From the IMG/VR virus record IMGVR_UViG_3300042384_000211, positions 64,001 to 128,000 of that record: a stretch of DNA of 64,000 nt; one strand, given 5' to 3'. The notes beneath the pieces are model-generated. The model was not told the DNA's origin, made no database searches, and worked only from the letters and a program-made list of their open reading frames with translations. Positions 9,062 through 17,558 of the stretch are shown one piece after another. Within the stretch, counting starts at the first letter, position 1; each line of letters starts with the position of its first letter. Made by a program: the position numbers and the translations under genes. The stretch is from a virus.

Positions 9062-10189
9062 ATGCTCCAAATTAATCATGCTTACGAATTTTTAAATAGA
9101 ACTATTTTTAAAAAATTAGCTCTTTATACCTTACCAAACGGTGTGTATCCATCCGGTGATGTAAAGGATTACAATGAATTTGATATACATGTATTTAACT
9201 ACTCTGTTGACTTCAAAAAAATATTTTTGTATGATCAAGAACCTGTGATAGAACCGTTTGCGACTGCCTTGCTTAACATTGCAAACCCCAGGGGACTGGA
9301 TATTCTAGCAACAAGTGAAAAATCCTCGTTAGTTGATAACTTATGTATTAGCCGTTCGTTACCAAAATTGTATTACTTTTGGCACGGTTTCGCAGCATTA
9401 GATTGGTATCGTGGGTTCTATGCTCTAAACTATAACAAGCAGATCGTTAAAAAATATACATATGATTATATAACATTTAATCGATTGGTATCAAATGATC
9501 GTAGCTATCGTTGCTACTTTGTTAGCCAATTAGCCGCAGAAATGCTATTAGAACACGGCCAAGTCAGCTTTGGCCTAACTACAGAACAGGCCAGTTGGCA
9601 AGAAGAAATTACTAATCCTTACACTAAACTATCAGCTAAGGCTGTCGAACACATTAAACTACACCTGCCTAGCACACCTTTTATCATTGATAAAGAAAAT
9701 GTATTAGGGGGAGCCAGTGCAGATATTCCTCGCTGTGCTGACAACAGTTTTTGGCATATAGTTACAGAAACTGTGTTTTACTATGACAAACTACACCTAA
9801 CAGAAAAGATATTCAAACCTATTGCAATGAAACAGCCGTTCATGTTACTGGCCGCACCGGGCAATTTAGCCTACTTGAAAAGCTACGGATTCAAGACCTT
9901 TGACAGTATCATTGACGAAAGTTATGATCTTATACAAGATCCAGACCAACGTACAGAAGCAGTAGTCAAACAGTTAGCCTGGTATTGTGCATTAACAGCA
10001 GAAGAAAAACAACAGGTTATAGAGGCTATAGCGCCAATCGTAGAGTACAATTTTCATCATTTCTACGGTGAATTTAAGCATATTATAACTAGAGAATTGT
10101 TAGATAATTGTAAGGCTTTGTTCAAAGAAATAGACTACGATGACAGCACTGTAGCCTACGAAGATATTCATCACGTGTTGACTAACTAA
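9062..10189 (+). CDS. Glycosyltransferase-like protein (paralog of 1843 and 60320)
   Basis: IVTETVF..HLTEKIFKPI...LKSYGFKTFDSIIDESYD. Confidence 0.55.
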   Translation: MLQINHAYEFLNRTIFKKLALYTLPNGVYPSGDVKDYNEFDIHVFNYSVDFKKIFLYDQEPVIEPFATALLNIANPRGLDILATSEKSSLVDNLCISRSLPKLYYFWHGFAALDWYRGFYALNYNKQIVKKYTYDYITFNRLVSNDRSYRCYFVSQLAAEMLLEHGQVSFGLTTEQASWQEEITNPYTKLSAKAVEHIKLHLPSTPFIIDKENVLGGASADIPRCADNSFWHIVTETVFYYDKLHLTEKIFKPIAMKQPFMLLAAPGNLAYLKSYGFKTFDSIIDESYDLIQDPDQRTEAVVKQLAWYCALTAEEKQQVIEAIAPIVEYNFHHFYGEFKHIITRELLDNCKALFKEIDYDDSTVAYEDIHHVLTN

Positions 10190-10203
10190 TTTATTTAAAC
10201 TCC

Positions 10204-10211
10204 TATAAATA
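10204..10211 (+). promoter_or_regulatory. T4-type late promoter TATAAATA
   Basis: Exact T4 late consensus upstream of the 10239 operon; TAAATA recurs before many genes. Confidence 0.65.
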
Positions 10212-10238
10212 CTTGTATAATAATTCAAGGAGTAGACT

Positions 10239-10520
10239 GTGGGCGACATATTCAAAATCATCGGAGACCTAGGGTTTCCTATCGCAGTAGCATTAGCAGG
10301 CGGCTATTTTGTTTACCTAACAATCAAATTACTACTACAAGGTGTACTAGGTAGTATCAAAGGCATGGCCGGTATCATCACAGCATTAGACAATCGCGTT
10401 AAAACAATGAATCATGAAATTATCAGAATAGACACACAAGTTAGTTCAGCACTAGGACTACGCCCCGACCTTGAAAGAATAGCCAGAGCCGACGGAAAAA
10501 CAGATGCTCGGAGAGATTAA
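10239..10520 (+). CDS. Small single-TM membrane protein (GFPI motif), paralog of 11993
   Basis: GTG start with AGGAG SD; TM helix then coiled coil. Confidence 0.7.
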   Translation: MGDIFKIIGDLGFPIAVALAGGYFVYLTIKLLLQGVLGSIKGMAGIITALDNRVKTMNHEIIRIDTQVSSALGLRPDLERIARADGKTDARRD

Positions 10521-10681
10521 TGTTTAAACTACCTCATCAGGAATGGTTGGAGCAACAACCAAAGCACACACAAGAATGGCTTAAGAAACAATCTATCTGG
10601 AATGACACTGATATAATTAAAGCATTTGCTTTTGGAGTATTTGTTGGATTAATAATAGGAGTAGTATTATGTCTGCAATAA
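10520..10681 (+). CDS. Small protein with C-terminal TM (53 aa, not in ORF track)
   Basis: MFKLPHQEWLEQQPKHTQEWLKKQSIWNDTDIIKAFAFGVFVGLIIGVVLCLQ*, TAATG-coupled to the previous gene. Confidence 0.65.
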   Translation: MFKLPHQEWLEQQPKHTQEWLKKQSIWNDTDIIKAFAFGVFVGLIIGVVLCLQ

Positions 10682-11445
10682 ACATGCGCCCGTTTACTGA
10701 GCAGGCTTGGTTGTTTGCTAAGATTAGTGAACTTGCTTACTTAGATGAAAAGGAAGGTCGAGCGGCATTTAAAGAACTTGGGTTTAAATCAACCCTAATA
10801 GATGTTAAAGGTAGTCAAGCATATTGGTTAGAAAACAAAACTGACTTAGTTATTGCCTGCCGTGGCACACAGCCTACAGAGTTTGCTGATATTGCCAGTG
10901 ACTTAAAAGCCCGTCCAGTAAAAAGCAACTCAGGTGTAAAATGGATCCATCGTGGATTTAAAGAAAGTGTAGATAACATTTGGCCCGAACTAAAAGATCT
11001 TGCCGATGATCACGGTAAGACACGTACAGTATGGTGTACAGGGCACAGTCTAGGAGCCGCAATGGCCACATTAGTTGCTTATCGTCTACAGTATTCAGAA
11101 GATTGCCCTAGTCCACAGGCTTTGTTTACCTTTGGTAGTCCAAAAGTTGGCACTAAAAATTATATTAACAAAATTGAAGCAACAGGTGTACTACATTTCC
11201 GCTTTGTTAACAATGCCGATATCGTAGCACGTGTTCCACCTTGGCCATACAAACACTTTGGTGGTATGTATTATATGAATCACTATGGTCACTTACGTGC
11301 TCCAACAGCGTGGCAGGTAACTAAAGACGTGTGGCGTGGATTCTTAGTAGGACTTAAACGTCGAGAAATCAACTTCTTTACCAATCACAGCATTACACGC
11401 TATGCCGAAATCTTAGAGCGTTGGAAAAATGGGGACAATGGATAA
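10669..11445 (+). CDS. Lipase class 3 (alpha/beta hydrolase)
   Basis: CRGT, HRGF, GHSLGAA, TFGSP, DIVARVP, terminal NHS. Confidence 0.9.
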   Translation: MSAINMRPFTEQAWLFAKISELAYLDEKEGRAAFKELGFKSTLIDVKGSQAYWLENKTDLVIACRGTQPTEFADIASDLKARPVKSNSGVKWIHRGFKESVDNIWPELKDLADDHGKTRTVWCTGHSLGAAMATLVAYRLQYSEDCPSPQALFTFGSPKVGTKNYINKIEATGVLHFRFVNNADIVARVPPWPYKHFGGMYYMNHYGHLRAPTAWQVTKDVWRGFLVGLKRREINFFTNHSITRYAEILERWKNGDNG

Positions 11446-12002
11446 TGGCTTTACATGATACAGTAATTAAAATGGTAACACGTCAGAAGAAAGACGTAGT
11501 TGAAGAGGACGTTTCAGCTACAGAAAAACTTATTAAAAGTAAAGCTGGTCTAGTAATTAATATCTTTGCGGCATTGTTAGCATTCAACATGTGGCTACAA
11601 GGCAGTCTTAATAGCAAGGTAATGAACAACACTATACAGGCCAACGACATCTGGGCTTTTTATCAAGCTAAAAGTATTAAGCAAACACAGTATGAGCTAG
11701 CCGCACAACAAATTACAGATCCTGCTAAAGCTAAAAAGTTTACTGATAAAGCTGCAAGTTATGAACTAGGTGAAGAAGGCAAACCAGCACTATTCAAACA
11801 GGCCAAGGCATTAGAAGCAGATCGTGATCATTATAAACAACAATTACCTTGGGTAGGTTATGCTTCAACAGCATATCAACTAAGCATTGTATTATTGTCA
11901 GCAAGTATCTTAAGTGTTAGTATGGCTTTGTTCTGGGGTAGCTTTTTTATGGCAGGTGCAGGCATATTCTTAATGTTACAAGGGATTTTATTATGGATGT
12001 AG
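11421..12002 (+). CDS. Membrane protein, DUF4337-like (start probably 11445)
   Basis: ANDIWAFYQAKSIKQ motif, three TM segments. Confidence 0.7.
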   Translation: MEKWGQWIMALHDTVIKMVTRQKKDVVEEDVSATEKLIKSKAGLVINIFAALLAFNMWLQGSLNSKVMNNTIQANDIWAFYQAKSIKQTQYELAAQQITDPAKAKKFTDKAASYELGEEGKPALFKQAKALEADRDHYKQQLPWVGYASTAYQLSIVLLSASILSVSMALFWGSFFMAGAGIFLMLQGILLWM

Positions 12003-12316
12003 TAGATTTAGTAAACAAATATGGCTTTCCCATTGTTATGGCAGTGGGCATGGGATTCATCATCAAATTCGTATTCGAATGGGCCACAAAAGAGGTAAAA
12101 CCAGTCATTTCAGACGCAAATACTGTGCTTATTGCCTTGATTGATCGCATACGTATGTTAGACAACGATTTAATACGTTTGAATCAAAAAGTAAACACTG
12201 TGTTACATCTACGTGGTAAGACAATTGAATTTGAACGTGTAGAAGCCGAGAAAGAAATTAATAAAGCACATTTAAAGAATGAAGACGATAAAACTGCAAG
12301 TGGTGGCAGTGACTAA
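11993..12316 (+). CDS. Small single-TM membrane protein (GFPI motif), paralog of 10239
   Basis: YGFPIVMAVGMGF...LIALIDRIRMLDNDLIRL. Confidence 0.7.
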   Translation: MDVVDLVNKYGFPIVMAVGMGFIIKFVFEWATKEVKPVISDANTVLIALIDRIRMLDNDLIRLNQKVNTVLHLRGKTIEFERVEAEKEINKAHLKNEDDKTASGGSD

Positions 12317-13104
12317 TCAACATTAATATCGCTGTTGCTAACTGTTACAGCGATTTTTTGTGCTTCTGGAAAACGTGTACGAGTATTTTTACTACCAAGC
12401 AACACAATCACACGTTGTCCTAACTCAGTATCAAGTAGCATAACCACACAACCGCCACTTTCATTTATATAACCTGTTTTACTTACTCTTACATCATTAC
12501 TATTTCTAACCATTGGATTGGTGTTGCCAAATTGCCACCAACGACGTTTAACTTTGATACTTACATTAGGTTTACCACTAGCTTCGGTAATCTCTGTATA
12601 TTCGTTTGCGGCTAGGACTAATTTACCTAAATCACGGGCATTACTCACATTGCCTGCGTCTAATCCTGTAGGGTCGGCAAATGTGGTACTTGTCATGCCT
12701 AATACAAACGCAATATGATTCATTTCAGCTATACAACGAGCTAGACCACCCGGATAATTTGCGCCTAATGTATATGCGGCAAAGTTATCACTCTTGACAA
12801 TAGCAAGATCAATTAATTCACCACGAGTCAGCTGTTTAACGCTGCGCGGTAACCGAGTGTGATACTTATTAACCATTCTACGATCAAGTGTGATCATTTC
12901 ATCTAAGTTTTGGTTGGCATCTAACACCACCATCACTGTCATTAGTTTAGTAATGCTGGCAATAGGCTGTACACGATCAGCATTCTTTTCTAGTATAACT
13001 TCGCCTGTGTTATCTGCTACTAAAAAACTTTTAGCAGTAATAGGCTTTGCTACTACTGCGGTGCAGAATAGTAGCAGTATGATGAAACTACTTGCTCGTA
13101 GCAT
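12313..13104 (-). CDS. D-Ala-D-Ala carboxy/endopeptidase (peptidase S11, PBP7-like)
   Basis: ASITK (SxxK), SDN, KTG motifs; signal peptide from MLRASSF. Confidence 0.9.
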   Translation of the reverse strand: MLRASSFIILLLFCTAVVAKPITAKSFLVADNTGEVILEKNADRVQPIASITKLMTVMVVLDANQNLDEMITLDRRMVNKYHTRLPRSVKQLTRGELIDLAIVKSDNFAAYTLGANYPGGLARCIAEMNHIAFVLGMTSTTFADPTGLDAGNVSNARDLGKLVLAANEYTEITEASGKPNVSIKVKRRWWQFGNTNPMVRNSNDVRVSKTGYINESGGCVVMLLDTELGQRVIVLLGSKNTRTRFPEAQKIAVTVSNSDINVD

Positions 13105-15100
13105 GATATGTTCCATCAAAATTTGCAGGAACACCCTGTTCCATACGCTCAATCATTAGTTCATAATAATGTTTAATATCAACATCATCGTTGTTGACTA
13201 ATTTTTTAGCCCATACAATAGCCTTGCCCCACGAACCTCGAGTATATTCTTTGCGATACTCTTCGTGCATATACAGATTAGTACGACCAACTGTATAAAT
13301 GTCAAGACCAATTGTTTTACCTTTAACAGCAATGTTATCTAGCCATACTACAGGAAATGCATCTTTACAATACTCAGCAGTTTTAGGACCAATGATTAGT
13401 AGGACACCATATGATTTAGTCTGTCCTTCTAGTCGAGCCGCTGTACTTACACTGTCACCTAATACGTCATAGCCAAACTTGCTCTTAGCACCAATGTTAC
13501 CAATTAAGGTTTCACCAGTGTTGACACCCGCACCCATACCAACTGGCGGACGACCACTGGCTACAAGTTCTACGTTAAAGTCCTCAATGGCTTTGATCAT
13601 TTCAAGTGCTGTCTGTACAGCAGTCTTGGCGTGATTAGCATCATCTAATGGAGCACCGTGTACGTGTAGTGACGCATCACCAATGAACTTAATCAGAGTA
13701 CCGTCGTTCTTAAGTACAGGAATACTCAGTGCTGTCATGTAGTCGTTCATGATCTGTGTGAGACCTTCTACATCATCTCCAAAACTTTCACCGAGTGTAG
13801 TAAAGCCACGTAGGTCAGTCATAACAATTGATAACTCTCGACGTTCACCACCTAACTTAATTAAGTCTGGATTCTTTTGCAAGCGTTCAACAATAGTAGG
13901 GTTAACATAACTACCAAATTGTTTCTTGATCTGTTGTTTCTGTAGGAACTCTGATACAAACTTAACGCCGTAAGCATGTAGCATAACTAGAACTATGCCT
14001 GCCGTTGGTACAATAGCATCAATTAAAAATTTGTAGTGCGAGAACAGGTACATACTAGCAGGAATTAAACTAGCAGTTAATACAATACCTACACCAAGTC
14101 CTACATAGACCCAACGGCTTAAGAACAAGATGATCAAACTGATAGCGATAAGTGCCAACAGTTCAGCACCAGGTGCCCAATCGGGACGTTCAATGTTTAC
14201 ATTGTTGGCTAATGTGCCAATTACAGCGGCCTGCATATCTTGAGGCCACACGTTACCTTTACTTGTTGCTACAGGATTATTAGTACCTGCGGCTGTAGTG
14301 CCCACAATAACAATATTGCCACCAAAATCGTCGGGCAAATCAACTGCCGATACTTGACGATTAGTCTGACTCCAGTCTACCCAGATACGTCCTTGACTGT
14401 CTGTACTGATAGGATTAAAGCCAGGAATACGCATCTTCTCTACACCTTGCGCATTTAACTTAACTTGGAAAGTATTAGTGTTGACTAAGACTCGCAGAAC
14501 TTCTAATGGTATACTAGGATATACATTATTGTCGTAGCCCACAAACAATGGCAGTCTACGGTTAACCCCGTCTATTTCTGGAAATGTGTTAGCAATACCA
14601 ACACCAACAGCATTCTGCTCTAAACTAGGAATGTTAGCAATGATGCCTGGATATTGTACAATAGTGTCAATGTACTCTGAGCCAATAACAGCACTACCTG
14701 GCTTACGTGGAATATTCTTAGTTGCTTGGCCGGGCATGTTGGTTAAGATAACAGGAAAGTCTGTTAATGCTTCAGCAAGGTAAGCATCACCACCTTGTCG
14801 ATCAGTCTCTGGCATCATAACAGTCCAAACAACCAGACCAGCATTATGACTATACAGGTCGCTGATCAGGTCTGCGTAAACATCACGTTTGAATGGCCAC
14901 TGTCCAAACTTGTCTAGAGTGGCTTCATCTATGTTTACAGTGTAGATATTATTTTCTACCGGGGGTTGACTGGTAATAAGCTGATCAAAATATCGTAATT
15001 TAACGCTTTCTACAAACGTAGGACCAGTAATAGTAATACCGACAATCAGTGCTAGGGTTAGGACCGCAGTCCAAGGTGAGAGTAAGATTTTTTTAAGCAT
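13088..15100 (-). CDS. CHASE2-domain class III adenylate cyclase
   Basis: VNIDEATLDKFGQWPF, DGVNRRLP (CHASE2); 3 TM; MTDLRGFT, KFIGDA, YDVLGDSVSTAARLE. Confidence 0.92.
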   Translation of the reverse strand: MLKKILLSPWTAVLTLALIVGITITGPTFVESVKLRYFDQLITSQPPVENNIYTVNIDEATLDKFGQWPFKRDVYADLISDLYSHNAGLVVWTVMMPETDRQGGDAYLAEALTDFPVILTNMPGQATKNIPRKPGSAVIGSEYIDTIVQYPGIIANIPSLEQNAVGVGIANTFPEIDGVNRRLPLFVGYDNNVYPSIPLEVLRVLVNTNTFQVKLNAQGVEKMRIPGFNPISTDSQGRIWVDWSQTNRQVSAVDLPDDFGGNIVIVGTTAAGTNNPVATSKGNVWPQDMQAAVIGTLANNVNIERPDWAPGAELLALIAISLIILFLSRWVYVGLGVGIVLTASLIPASMYLFSHYKFLIDAIVPTAGIVLVMLHAYGVKFVSEFLQKQQIKKQFGSYVNPTIVERLQKNPDLIKLGGERRELSIVMTDLRGFTTLGESFGDDVEGLTQIMNDYMTALSIPVLKNDGTLIKFIGDASLHVHGAPLDDANHAKTAVQTALEMIKAIEDFNVELVASGRPPVGMGAGVNTGETLIGNIGAKSKFGYDVLGDSVSTAARLEGQTKSYGVLLIIGPKTAEYCKDAFPVVWLDNIAVKGKTIGLDIYTVGRTNLYMHEEYRKEYTRGSWGKAIVWAKKLVNNDDVDIKHYYELMIERMEQGVPANFDGTYHATSK

Positions 15101-15111
15101 AAGATTATTTA

Positions 15112-15363
15112 TTATCTGCTTTGACGTAATCGATCTAAATATTCTCGGCCAATCTTACCCTCTTCAAGTTCTTGCAGTGCAGCACTAACAGTACGATTAC
15201 GGTATTTTAGGTTTGAATCAGCATTCTGTGCAATACGTCTAGTAGACTCAATCTCACGTGCTCGTGTAGCGGCAATTAAAATCATTTCAAATCTATTACC
15301 CCCTACATTAACCAATGCCCGATCTACGTCAATTTCTGTGCCTAATTTATCGATGTAACTCAT
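15112..15363 (-). CDS. rpoZ: RNA polymerase omega subunit-like protein
   Basis: GNRFEMILIAATRAREI...ALQELEEGKI. Confidence 0.8.
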   Translation of the reverse strand: MSYIDKLGTEIDVDRALVNVGGNRFEMILIAATRAREIESTRRIAQNADSNLKYRNRTVSAALQELEEGKIGREYLDRLRQSR

Positions 15364-15395
15364 TGCTGTTCCTTATATTGTTTAATAGTACAACT

Positions 15396-15424
15396 ATTAT
15401 ACAGTCGTTAGAAATAAAAGTCAA
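15396..15424 (-). promoter_or_regulatory. Sigma70 promoter for rpoZ-like gene
   Basis: TTGACTtttatttctaacgactgTATAAT. Confidence 0.8.
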
Positions 15425-15451
15425 GAGAAAGCCCACTTAGTTGGCTTTTTA

Positions 15452-15488
15452 ATTGTATTTTTAAATGGCGACAATAAGAAAAATTTAT
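15452..15488. promoter_or_regulatory. OxyR-like operator, copy A
   Basis: ATTG-N7-AAAT-N7-ATAA-N7-TTAT versus consensus ATAG-N7-CTAT-N7-ATAG-N7-CTAT. Confidence 0.5.
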
Positions 15489-15588
15489 AAGCAGTAGGCA
15501 TGACTGTTTCATGAAGTCAAGAGAAATTTAATCAAATATATTTTAAGTGTTAAATACTATGCAAGTCCAACTTTTATGAAAGGTTTAT

Positions 15589-15885
15589 ATGAAATTAATC
15601 TTAACAGTATTATTATTAGGTAGTTGTATTACAGCAAATGCTAATCAAGCACTAGCACAAAAAAGTGGTTGTCTGGCATGTCACGCAGTTGATCGTAAAA
15701 TCATAGGACCATCATATCAAGATGTTGCTAAGAAATACAAAGGTCAAGACGTCGAAGCAAAATTAGTAGACAAGGTTAAGAAGGGTGGTAGCGGAGTATG
15801 GGGTCCCATGCCTATGCCAGCACACAGTCCACAGGTTAAAGACGAAGATATTAAAACACTTGTTAAATGGGTGTTAGCGCAGTAA
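15589..15885 (+). CDS. Periplasmic cytochrome c551/c552 (class I)
   Basis: Signal peptide, CLACH, GPSYQDVA, GVWGPMPMP. Confidence 0.92.
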   Translation: MKLILTVLLLGSCITANANQALAQKSGCLACHAVDRKIIGPSYQDVAKKYKGQDVEAKLVDKVKKGGSGVWGPMPMPAHSPQVKDEDIKTLVKWVLAQ

Positions 15886-15886
15886 T

Positions 15887-15912
15887 AAAAAGCCCCTTAA
15901 TTGGGGCTTTTT
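15887..15912. terminator. Bidirectional terminator
   Basis: AAAAAGCCCC-TTAATT-GGGGCTTTTT between convergent genes. Confidence 0.85.
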
Positions 15913-15916
15913 GTTT

Positions 15917-16483
15917 TTATAGTTTACCAACTAGGTCCAAACTTGGTGCTAGTGTAGCACTACCTTCTTGCCATTTAGCCGGGCATACTTCACCCGGATG
16001 TTCACGTGTGTATTTTGCCGCTTTAACTTTACGTAATAGTTCTTTTGCATCACGACCAACACCACCTGGATTAATCTCAATAATCTGTACTACGCCATCT
16101 GGGTCAATAACAAATGTACCACGGTCAGCCAGGCCTTCTAAAGGAATAAGCACACCAAACTGTTCACTTAGCTGATGATTAGGATCACCAATCATTGTAT
16201 ATGTGATGTTACGGATTGTGTCTGTAGCATCTGCCCATGCTTTGTGTACAAAGTGTGTGTCTGTGCTTACGCTGTATACTTCTACACCTAATGCTTTAAA
16301 GTCACTAGCGTATACGTCTTGCAAGTCTGCTAGCTCTGTTGGGCAGACAAATGTAAAGTCTGCTGGATAGAAAAACACCACTGACCAATGGCCTTTTAAA
16401 TCTTGCTCTGTTACTTCTACAAACTGACCTTGACGATATGCTTGTGCTTTGAACGCTTGTACTTCTTTACCGATTAAACTCAT
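15917..16483 (-). CDS. ahpC: Alkyl hydroperoxide reductase C (2-Cys peroxiredoxin)
   Basis: [31 protein letters not shown]. Confidence 0.96.
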   Translation of the reverse strand: MSLIGKEVQAFKAQAYRQGQFVEVTEQDLKGHWSVVFFYPADFTFVCPTELADLQDVYASDFKALGVEVYSVSTDTHFVHKAWADATDTIRNITYTMIGDPNHQLSEQFGVLIPLEGLADRGTFVIDPDGVVQIIEINPGGVGRDAKELLRKVKAAKYTREHPGEVCPAKWQEGSATLAPSLDLVGKL

Positions 16484-16568
16484 TTACTTCTCCTTATTAA
16501 ATTGTTAATGTACATATATTATATATTAAAATTTTTAATAAAAAAAGCCCGATTAATAGGTTTTTTTA

Positions 16569-16605
16569 ATTGTATTTTTTAATGACCGCAATAAGTTTTG
16601 TTTAT
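16569..16605. promoter_or_regulatory. OxyR-like operator, copy B, upstream of ahpC
   Basis: ATTG-N7-TAAT-N7-ATAA-N7-TTAT. Confidence 0.6.
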
Positions 16606-16636
16606 AGGTTATGAAGTAACAATGATAAATAACTGT

Positions 16637-17104
16637 ATGAAACATATACATCACATCTTACCTCAATACCTAGGCGGCACTGACGATCCTAGTAACCTAA
16701 TAGAACTTACTGTAGAAGCTCACGCAGAAGCGCATCGCTTATTATACGAGCAACACGGCAATTGGCAAGACTATTGTGCGTGGCAAGCATTGTCCGGACG
16801 TATTGGGCAAGAAGAAATATTAAGGATGAAACAAGGTATGGCTAATAAAGGTAGAAAGCGTACACCAGAACAGATTGAAAATATTAAAGCAGCCGCAAGG
16901 AAACGAGTCGAAAGACATCGCGCTGATGGTACATTAGAACGTGCAGCTATTAAGCAAAGTGCATCAATGAAGGGAAAAGTAAAATCTGAAGAACATATAG
17001 CTAATTGGGCGGCTAGTCGAAAAGGGCATGCGGTATCTGAAGAAACACGAGAAAAAATAAGAAAGACATTAGCAGAAACTAGAGCCAATAAAAAAGCTCT
17101 ATAA
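16637..17104 (+). CDS. HNH homing endonuclease with NUMOD3 repeats
   Basis: HHILPQYLGGTDDPSNLIELTVEAHAEAH; KGHAVSEETREKI; TAAATA at 16626. Confidence 0.85.
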   Translation: MKHIHHILPQYLGGTDDPSNLIELTVEAHAEAHRLLYEQHGNWQDYCAWQALSGRIGQEEILRMKQGMANKGRKRTPEQIENIKAAARKRVERHRADGTLERAAIKQSASMKGKVKSEEHIANWAASRKGHAVSEETREKIRKTLAETRANKKAL

Positions 17105-17114
17105 AAGAGCTTTT
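17092..17114. terminator. Bidirectional terminator
   Basis: AAAAGCTCT-ATAAA-AGAGCTTTT between HNH gene and pqqA. Confidence 0.7.
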
Positions 17115-17132
17115 ATTATCATGTGTTAAATC

Positions 17133-17204
17133 TTAACGATTCATTACATAAAGAGTCACTTCAAAACCGAAACGCATTTCTGTTGCTGCTGGTGTAGTCC
17201 ACAT
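17133..17204 (-). CDS. pqqA: Pyrroloquinoline quinone precursor peptide
   Basis: Own translation MWTTPAATEMRFGFEVTLYVMNR* (23 aa, ExxxY core), AGGAG SD; below the ORF-track cutoff. Confidence 0.93.
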   Translation of the reverse strand: MWTTPAATEMRFGFEVTLYVMNR

Positions 17205-17351
17205 AATAATTCTCCTAGATAAAAGTCTAAAACAACGTTGTGTTGTTACTAGTACTTATACATATAATAACACCAATATGGCCTAAATAACATACGTAAA
17301 ATCATTAAAGACCGATAATTTTCTTGCGATTAGTTTAGATTGCTATATCTG

Positions 17352-17558
17352 TTATTTTTTCAAACACTGTGCGTGTACTTTAAATGTATCAAATTTTAAC
17401 CAATAGGTCAATGATTGTTTAGCATCTTCACATTGCGTTTCATTGGCAAATTCAAGTGTAACCTTGCCCGGTATATCTTTTGGGTCAGTTATGTTTACCA
17501 CTAGTATCAATAGTATCCAACTCATTGGATTATGTGATTCCAGTAGACTATAGCCCAA
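17352..17558 (-). CDS. Small secreted-type hypothetical protein (start probably 17525, MSWILL)
   Basis: Hydrophobic N-term, two Cys. Confidence 0.55.
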   Translation of the reverse strand: MGYSLLESHNPMSWILLILVVNITDPKDIPGKVTLEFANETQCEDAKQSLTYWLKFDTFKVHAQCLKK

